Shown here piece after piece: positions 36,378 through 37,806 of a stretch of DNA of 37,806 bases (position 1 is the first letter of the stretch; each line of letters begins with the position of its first letter). Position numbers and translations under genes: made by a program. Source of the stretch: an uncultured Gemmatimonadota bacterium (GTDB taxonomy: Bacteria > Blakebacterota > Blakebacteria > Blakebacterales > Blakebacteraceae); assembly GCA_964576115.1 (NCBI GenBank), contig CAZNUA010000034.1, positions 1-37,806 of the forward strand, given 5' to 3'. A model generated the notes under the pieces. It was not told the origin of the DNA. It did no database searches and saw only the letters and a list, made by a program, of their open reading frames with translations.

Positions 36378-37735
36378 GCGGTTCCGGGGACAACCGCGGC
36401 GATCGGAACGGCAACCGGGAGGCGGATTCCACCGCTCTCGCTCACGCCCCCCGCAACCGGCTGGCGATCCGTCGGCGGGCCGGGCTGCACTTTCTCATCC
36501 GGGCGGCTTCGAAGATCGTCCGCACCCTGCGCGGCCGCCGTCTGCCCGACCGCTTCGCGACCGTCGCCCTGGTGCCGGGGCCCGGCAGCGGGCCGGCGGA
36601 ACTGGGCTCCGCGCTCAACCGGCTGGCCTGGTACCTGGGTAGCGCCGGCGCCGGCAGCGATGTCGGGGCCGAGTACCGGGTCGACTGCCTGGTGCCTCCC
36701 GACCTGCTCTCCGTCAATCCCGTCGTCGGATCCGAACAGCGGGACTATCTCGAACACCTGCCCGAAGTCGCCCTGCGCACGACCGCCGAGGCCTCGGGCC
36801 GGGATTACGACTGGCTCCTGCTCGATGCGGTGCGCGAGCTGGGACGCTGGAAGTGGCTGCGCTTCATCGACCGGATCCGGATCGTCGACCCGACCTTCTA
36901 CAGCGGGGTCGAGCATGCCGGCTGGCAGATGGTCGCCGAGCGTACCGTCGATCGGGCCGAGGGGGCCGAGCGGGAGGCGGCCGCTTCGGCCTTCGAGAAA
37001 CTGGTTGTCGAGCACGGGGGGGCCGACGAGGTGGTGGTGCTGGGTACCGGACCGTCGGTCGAGGAAGTACTCGACCTGGACCTCTCCGGCCGACCGGTGG
37101 TGATCTGCAACAGCCTGGTCAGAAATGCGGAGCTTCTCGAACGCCTGCAGCCAGCCGTACTCTGCTTCGCCGATGAGGTCTTCCACCTGGGGCCGAGCGC
37201 CTATGCCGCCGCCTTTCGCGACGATCTCTGCCGGGTAGTCGAGCAATATCGACCCTGGCTGGTGACCCGCCCCGACGGGGCCGCCCTGCTGCGTCGGCAC
37301 TATCCCGGGCTCGCCGATCGGCTCATCGGCATACCGCTCACGGCCCGACGGTGGAACGTGCCGTGCAGCGAAGCCTTCCGGGTTCGTCCGACCGGCAACA
37401 TCATGACGATGTACATGCTCCCCGTGGCCGCCCGACTCGGACAGACCATCCTCATCGGCGGTTCCGACGGGCGCCGGCCCGATGAAACATATTTCTGGCG
37501 TCACGGCCCCTCGGTGCAGTACGACGATCTCATGGCGACCGCCTTCGCCACCCACCCCTCCTTCTTTCGCGATCGGATGTATGCCGATTACTATGCCGAA
37601 CACATCGCCCGGCTCGAAGATCTGCTGACCGAACTGGAGGCCCGCGGGCACGACGCCAGGGGGATCACCTCGAGCTGGATTCCGGCTCTGACCCGTCGCT
37701 CCGCACCCCGGCCCGCTGACTCACCTTCCGATTGA
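36374..37735 (+). CDS. Putative CMP-ulosonate glycosyltransferase (CstII/GT42- or Maf/DUF115-like fold) with an uncharacterised N-terminal domain
   Basis: VVVLGTGPSV....VVICN and NIMTMYMLPVAARLGQTILIGGSDG resemble the GNGPS/CN and ALGY..IYL.GID motifs of CstII/Maf proteins; GTGA-coupled to the cytidylyltransferase. Confidence 0.6.
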   Translation: MSGSGDNRGDRNGNREADSTALAHAPRNRLAIRRRAGLHFLIRAASKIVRTLRGRRLPDRFATVALVPGPGSGPAELGSALNRLAWYLGSAGAGSDVGAEYRVDCLVPPDLLSVNPVVGSEQRDYLEHLPEVALRTTAEASGRDYDWLLLDAVRELGRWKWLRFIDRIRIVDPTFYSGVEHAGWQMVAERTVDRAEGAEREAAASAFEKLVVEHGGADEVVVLGTGPSVEEVLDLDLSGRPVVICNSLVRNAELLERLQPAVLCFADEVFHLGPSAYAAAFRDDLCRVVEQYRPWLVTRPDGAALLRRHYPGLADRLIGIPLTARRWNVPCSEAFRVRPTGNIMTMYMLPVAARLGQTILIGGSDGRRPDETYFWRHGPSVQYDDLMATAFATHPSFFRDRMYADYYAEHIARLEDLLTELEARGHDARGITSSWIPALTRRSAPRPADSPSD

Positions 37736-37757
37736 AAACGGGACGGGGGATGCCGTC

Positions 37758-37786
37758 TTGACACGAAGACATCCCGTCGGTAGTGT
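37758..37786 (+). promoter_or_regulatory. Sigma-70 promoter pointing out of the window
   Basis: TTGACA (37758-37763), 17-bp spacer, TAGTGT (37781-37786). Confidence 0.7.
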
Positions 37787-37806
37787 GCAGCCCTGATGGG
37801 CGTGCC

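Overview
High-GC bacterial chromosomal segment, probably from a metagenome-assembled scaffold (two 100-N gaps). The beta-propeller lipoproteins, DUF2723 and wHTH-nucleotidyltransferase-like proteins weakly suggest Gemmatimonadota or an FCB-related lineage (inference only). Bases 1-5380 hold housekeeping and envelope-stress genes: partial ftsB/divIC, DUF502, mgtE, recO, an ECF sigma, a zinc-binding anti-sigma and a MucB/RseB-like protein. The remaining ~32 kb is a large surface-glycosylation locus. It encodes two GT-C enzymes (DUF2723/TMEM260-like and YfhO-like), two polyprenol-phosphate glycosyltransferases, five further GT2s and a GT4, three flippase-like proteins, RmlC, RmlD, an epimerase, an alkaline-phosphatase-superfamily enzyme and three sulfotransferase-fold proteins. 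It ends with a cyclase/D-hydroxyacid dehydrogenase/SDR/cytidylyltransferase/sialyltransferase-fold cassette, with no NeuB in the window. Two non-coding structures stand out. One is a 24-unit pentamer array that reads as tandem Shine-Dalgarno sequences (GAGGT)n on the coding strand directly ahead of a sulfotransferase. The other is an origin-like module (G-tract, AT-rich inverted repeat, 41-bp tandem repeats) ahead of a wHTH protein with a degenerate nucleotidyltransferase domain. All protein calls come from motif recognition by eye; no database searches were run.
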